Part shown: in pieces, positions 1 through 6,000 of the stretch | Numbering within the stretch: the stretch's first letter is position 1 | Layout of the letters: each line of letters begins with the position of its first letter | Source of the DNA: Giardia intestinalis | Lineage: Eukaryota | DNA length: 8,483 nt | Assembly (NCBI GenBank): GCA_000002435.2 | Contig: AACB03000021.1 | Reading direction: 5' to 3' (one strand) | Notes under the pieces: model-generated | The model's database searches: none | What the model was told of the DNA's origin: nothing | What the model saw: the letters and a program-made list of their open reading frames with translations, nothing else | Position numbers and translations under genes: made by a program

Positions 1-3000
1 GCAGCAAGAGGCGCCCGTCGAAGAACCTGAAGCGCCCGTTGAGGAGCCCGAGGAGCACGCCTTGCAGACCCCGCGGAGCCCGTCGAAGAACCTGAAGCGC
101 CCGTTGAGGAGCCCGAGGAGGCAGGCCTTGCAGAGCCCGCGGAGCCCGTCGAAGAACCCGAGCAGCAAGAGGCGCCCGTCGAAGAACCTGAAGCGCCCGT
201 TGAGGAGCCCGAGGAGGCACGCCTTGCAGACCCGCGGAGCCCGTCGAAGAACCTGAAGCGCCCGTTGAGGAGCCCGAGGAGGCACGCCTTGCAGAGCCCG
301 CGGAGCCCGTCGAAGAACCTGAAGCGCCCGTTGAGGAGCCCGAGGAGGCACGCCTTGCAGACCCGCGAGCCCGTCGAAGAAAACCTGAAGCGCCCGTTGA
401 GGAGCCGAGGAGGCACGCCTTGCAGAGCCCGCGGAGCCCCGTCGAAGAACCCGAGCAGCAAGAGGCGCCCGTCGAAGAACCTGAAGCGCCCGTTGAGGAG
501 CCCGAGGAGGCACGCCTTGCAGACCCGCGAGCCCGTCGAAGAACCTGAAGCGCCCGTTGAGGAGCCCGAGGAGGCACGCCTTGCAGAGCCCGCGGAGCCG
601 TCGAAGAACCTGAAGCGCCCGTGAGGAGCCCGAGGAGGCACGCCTTGCAGAGCCCGCGGAGCCCGTCGAAGAACCTGAACGCCCGTTGAGGAGCCCGAGG
701 AGGCACGCCTTGCAGAGCCCGCGGAGCCCGTCGAAGAACCCCGCAGCAAGAGGCCCGTCGAAGAACCTGAAGCGCCCGTTGAGGAGCCCGAGGAGGCACG
801 CCTTGCAGACCCGCGGAGCCCGTCGAAGAACCCGAGCAGCAAGAGGCCCGTCGAAGAACCTGAAGCGCCCGTTGAGGAGCCCGAGGAGGCACGCCTTGCA
901 GAGCCCGCGGAGCCCGTCGAAGAACCCGAGCAGCAAAGAGGCGCCCGTCGAAGAACCTGAAGCGCCCGTTGAGGAGCCCGAGGGAGGCACGCCTTGCAGA
1001 GCCCCGCGGAGCCCGTCGAAGAACCTGAAGCGCCCGTTGAGGAGCCCCGAGGAGGCACGCCTTGCAGGAGCCCGCCGGCGAGGCCCCGTCGAAGAACCTG
1101 AAGCGCCCCGTTGAGGAGCCCGAGGAGGCACGCCTTGCAGAGCCCGCGGAGCCCGTCGAAGAACCCGAGCAGCAAGAGGCGCCCGTCGAAGAACCTGAAG
1201 CGCCCGTTGAGGAGCCCGAGGAGGCACGCCTTGCAGAGCCCGCGGAGCCCGTCGAAGAACCCGAGCAGCAAGAGGCGCCCGTCGAAGAACCTGAAGCGCC
1301 CGTTGAGGAGCCCGAGGAGGCACGCCTTGCAGACCCCCGCGGAGCCCGTCGAAGAACCTGAAGCGCCCGTTGAGGAGCCCGAGGAGGCACGCCTTGCAGA
1401 GCCCGCGGAGCCCGTCGAAGAACCCGAGCAGCAAGAGGCGCCCGTCGAAGAACCTGAAGCGCCCGTTGAGGAGCCCGAGGAGGCACGCCTTGCAGACCCG
1501 CGGAGCCCGTCGAAGAACCCGAGCAGCAAGAGGCGCCCGTCGAAGAACCTGAAGCGCCGTTGAGGAGCCCGAGGAGGCACGCCTTGCAGACCCCGCGGAG
1601 CCCGTCGAAGAACCTGAAGCGCCCGTTGAGGAGCCCGAGGAGGCACGCCTTGCAGACCCGCGGAGCCCGTCGAAGAACCTGAAGCGCCCGTTGAGGAGCC
1701 CGAGGAGGCACGCCTTGCAGAGCCCGCGGAGCCCGTCGAAGAACCTGAAGCGCCCGTGAGGACCCGAGGAGCACGCCTTGCAGAGCCGCGGAGCCCGTCG
1801 AAGAACCTGAAGCGCCCGTTGAGGAGCCCGAGGAGGCACGCCTTGCAGAGCCCGCGGAGCCCGTCGAAGAACCCGAGCAGCAAGAGGCGCCCGTCGAAGA
1901 ACCTGAAGCGCCCGTTGAGGAGCCCGAGGAGGCACGCCTTGCAGAGCCCGCGGAGCCCGTCGAAGAACCCGAGCAGCAAGAGGCGCCCGTCGAAGAACCT
2001 GAAGCGCCCGTTGAGGAGCCCGAGGAGGCACGCCTTGCAGACCCCGCGGAGCCCGTCGAAGAACCCGAGCAGCAGAGGCGCCCGTCGAAGAACCTGAAGC
2101 GCCCGTTGAGGAGCCCGAGGAGGCACGCCTTGCAGACCCCGCGGAGCCCGTCGAAGAACCTGAAGCGCCCGTTGAGGAGCCCGAGGAGGCACGCCTTGCA
2201 GAGCCCGCGGAGCCCGTCGAAGAACCTGAAGCGCCCGTTGAGGAGCCCGAGGAGGCACGCCTTGCAGACCCGCGGAGCCCGTCGAAGAACCTGAAGCGCC
2301 CGTTGAGGAGCCCGAGGAGGCACGCCTTGCAGAGCCCGCGGAGCCCGTCGAAGAACCCGAGCAGCAAGAGGCGCCCGTCGAAGAACCTGAAGCGCCCGTT
2401 GAGGAGCCCGAGGAGGCACGCCTTGCAGACCCCGCGGAGCCCGTCGAAGAACCCGAGCAGCAAGAGGCGCCCGTCGAAGAACCTGAAGCGCCCGTTGAGG
2501 AGCCCGAGGAGGCACGCCTTGCAGACCCCGCGGAGCCCGTCGAAGAACCCGAGCAGCAAGAGGCGCCCGTCGAAGAACCTGAAGCGCCCGTTGAGGAGCC
2601 CGAGGAGGCACGCCTTGCAGACCCCGCGGAGCCCGTCGAAGAACCCGAGCAGCAAGAGGCGCCCGTCGAAGAACCTGAAGCGCCCGTTGAGGAGCCCGAG
2701 GAGGCACGCCTTGCAGACCCGCGGAGCCCGTCGAAGAACCCGAGCAGCAAGAGGCGCCCGTCGAAGAACCTGAAGCGCCCGTTGAGGAGCCCGAGGAGGC
2801 ACGCCTTGCAGACCCCGCGGAGCCCGTCGAAGAACCTGAAGCGCCCGTTGAGGAGCCCGAGGAGGCACGCCTTGCAGAGCCCGCGGAGCCCGTCGAAGAA
2901 CCCGAGCGCGAGGCGCCCGTCGAAGAACCTGAAGCGCCCGTTGAGGAGCCCGAGGAGGCACGCCTTGCAGAGCCCGCGGAGCCCGTCGGAAGAACCTGAA

Positions 3001-6000
3001 GCGCCCGTTGAGGAGCCCGAGGAGGCACGCCTTGCAGAGCCCGCGGAGCCCGTCGAAGAACCTGAAGCGCCCGTTGAGGAGCCCGAGGAGGCACGCCTGC
3101 AGACCCCGCGGAGCCCGTCGAAGAACCCCTCGGACCAGCGCCCGTTGAGGAGCCCGAGGAGGCACGCCTTGCAGACCCCGCGGAGCCCGTCGAAGAACCC
3201 GAGCAGCAAGAGGCGCCCGTCGAAGAACCTGAGCGCCCGTTGAGGAGCCCGAGGAGGCACGCCTTGCAGACCCCGCGGAGCCCGTCGAAGAACCCGAGCA
3301 GCAAGAGGCGCCCGTCGAAGAACCTGAAGCGCCCGTTGAGGAGCCCGAGGAGGCACGCCTTGCAGACCCGCGGAGCCGTCGAAGACCCGAGCAGCAAGAG
3401 GCGCCGTCGAAGAACCTGAAGCGCCCGTTGAGGAGCCCGAGGAGGCACGCCTTGCAGACCCCGCGGAGCCCGTCGAAGAACCCGAGCAGCAGAGGCGCCC
3501 GTCGAGAACCTGAAGCGCCCGTTGAGGAGCCCGAGGAGGCACGCCTTGCAGACCCGCGGAGCCCGTCGAGAACCCGAGCAGCAAGAGGCGCCCGTCGAAG
3601 AACCTGAAGCGCCCGTTGAGGAGCCCGAGGAGGCACGCCTTGCAGACCCCGCGGAGCCCGTCGAAGAACCCGAGCAGCAAGAGGCGCCCGTCGAAGAACC
3701 TGAAGCGCCCGTTGAGGAGCCCGAGGAGGCACGCCTTGCAGACCCCGCGGAGCCCGTCGAAGAACCCGAGCAGCAAGAGGCGCCCGTCGAAGAACCTGAG
3801 CGCCCGTTGAGGAGCCCGAGGAGGCACGCCTTGCAGACCCCGCGGAGCCCGTCGAAGAACCCGAGCAGCAAGAGGCGCCCGTCGAAGAACCTGAAGCGCC
3901 CGTTGAGGAGCCCGAGGAGGCACGCCTTGCAGACCCGCGGAGCCCGTCGAAGAACCTGAAGCGCCCGTTGAGGAGCCCCGAGGAGGCACGCCTTGCAGAG
4001 CCCGCGGAGCCCGTCGAAGAACCCGAGCAGCAAGAGGCGCCCGTCGAAGAACCTGAAGCGCCCGTTGAGGAGCCCGAGGAGCACGCCTTGCAGACCCCGC
4101 CGGGAGCGCCGTCGAAGAACCTGAAGCGCCCGTTGAGGAGCCCGAGGAGGCACGCCTTGCAGACCCGCGGAGCCCGTCGAAGAACCTGAAGCGCCCGTTG
4201 AGGAGCCCGAGGAGGCACGCCTTGCAGACCCCGCGGAGCCCGTCGAAGAACCTGAAGCGCCCGTTGAGGAGCCCGAGGAGCACGCCTTGCAGAGCCCGCG
4301 GAGCCGTCGAAGAACCTGAGCGCCCGTTGAGGAGCCCGAGGAGGCACGCCTTGCAGAGCCCGCGGAGCCGTCGAAGAACCCGAGCAGCAAGAGGCGCCGT
4401 CGAAGAACCTGAAGCGCCCGTTGAGGAGCCCGAGGAGGCACGCCTTGCAGACCCCGCGGAGCCCGTCGAAGAACCTGAAGCGCCCGTTGAGGAGCCCGAG
4501 GAGGCACGCCTTGCAGACCCGCGGAGCCCGTCGAAGAACCTGAAGCGCCCGTTGAGGAGCCCGAGGAGGCACGCCTTGCAGACCCCGCGGAGCCCGTCGA
4601 AGAACCTGAAGCGCCCGTTGAGGAGCCCGAGGAGGCACGCCTTGCAGAGCCCGCGGAGCCCGTCGAAGAACCCGAGCAGCAAGAGGCGCCCGTCGAAGAA
4701 CCTGAAGCGCCCGTTGAGGAGCCCGAGGAGGGCACGCCTTGCAGACCCGCGGAGGCCCCGTCGAAGAACCTGAAGCGCCCGTTGAGGAGCCCGAGGAGGC
4801 ACGCCTTGCAGAGCCCGGCGGAGCCCGTCGAAGAACCTGAGCGCCCGTTGAGGAGCCCGAGGAGGCACGCCTTGCAGACCCCGCGGAGCCCGTCGAAGAA
4901 CCTGAAGCGCCCGTTGAGGAGCCGAGGAGGCACGCCTTGCAGAGCCCGCGGAGCCCGTCGAAGAACCTGAAGCGCCCGTTGAGGAGCCCGAGGAGGCACG
5001 CCTTGCAGAGCCCGCGGAGCCCGTCGAAGAACCCGAGCAGCAAGAGGCGCCCGTCGAAGAACCTGAAGCGCCCGTTGAGGAGCCCGAGGAGGCACGCCTT
5101 GCAGACCCCGCGGAGCCCGTCGAAGAACCGAGCAGCAAGAGGCGCCCGTCGAAGAACCTGAAGCGCCCGTTGAGGAGCCCGAAGGAGGCACGCCTTGCAG
5201 ACCCCGCGGAGCCCGTCGAAGAACCTGAAGCGCCCGTTGAGGAGCCCGAGGAGGCACGCCTTGCAGAGCCCGCGGAGCCCGTCGAAGAACCCGAGCAGCA
5301 AGAGGCGCCCGTCGAAGAACCTGAAGCGCCCGTTGAGGAGCCCGAGGAGGCACGCCTTGCAGAGCCCGCGGAGCCCGTCGAAGAACCCGAGCAGCAAGAG
5401 GCGCCCGTCGAAGAACCTGAAGCGCCCGTTGAGGAGCCCGAGGAGGCACGCCTTGCAGACCCCGCGGAGCCCGTCGAAGAACCTGAAGCGCCCGTTGAGG
5501 AGCCCGAGGAGGCACGCCTTGCAGACCCGCGGAGCCCGTCGAAGAACCTGAAGCGCCCGTTGAGGAGCCCGAGGAGGCACGCCTTGCAGACCCGCGGAGC
5601 CCGTCGAAGAACCCGAGCAGCAAGAGGCGCCCGTCGAAGAACCTGAAGCGCCCGTTGAGGAGCCCGAGGAGGCACGCCTTGCAGACCCCGCGGAGCCCGT
5701 CGAAGAACCTGAAGCGCCCGTTGAGGAGCCCGAGGAGGCACGCCTTGCAGAGCCCGCGGAGCCCGTCGAAGAACCTGAAGCGCCCGTTGAGGAGCCCGAG
5801 GAGGCACGCCTTGCAGAGCCCGCGGAGCCCGTCGAAGAACCTGAAGCGCCCGTTGAGGAGCCCGAGGAGGCACGCCTTGCAGAGCCCGCGGAGCCCGTCG
5901 AAGAACCTGAAGCGCCCGTTGAGGAGCCCGAGGAGGCACGCCTTGCAGAGCCCGTCGAAGAACCTGAAGCGCCCGTTGAGGAGCCCGAGGAGGCACGCCT

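Noticed and set aside
133-144. Recurring 'ccgcgg' (SacII-type) palindrome in every full linker as a regulatory or structural hairpin
   Set aside because: The palindrome is only 6 bp and its flanks ('gagccCGCGGagccc') are direct rather than inverted repeats. It is more simply explained as the codons Pro-Ala (ccc gcg g) of the linker.
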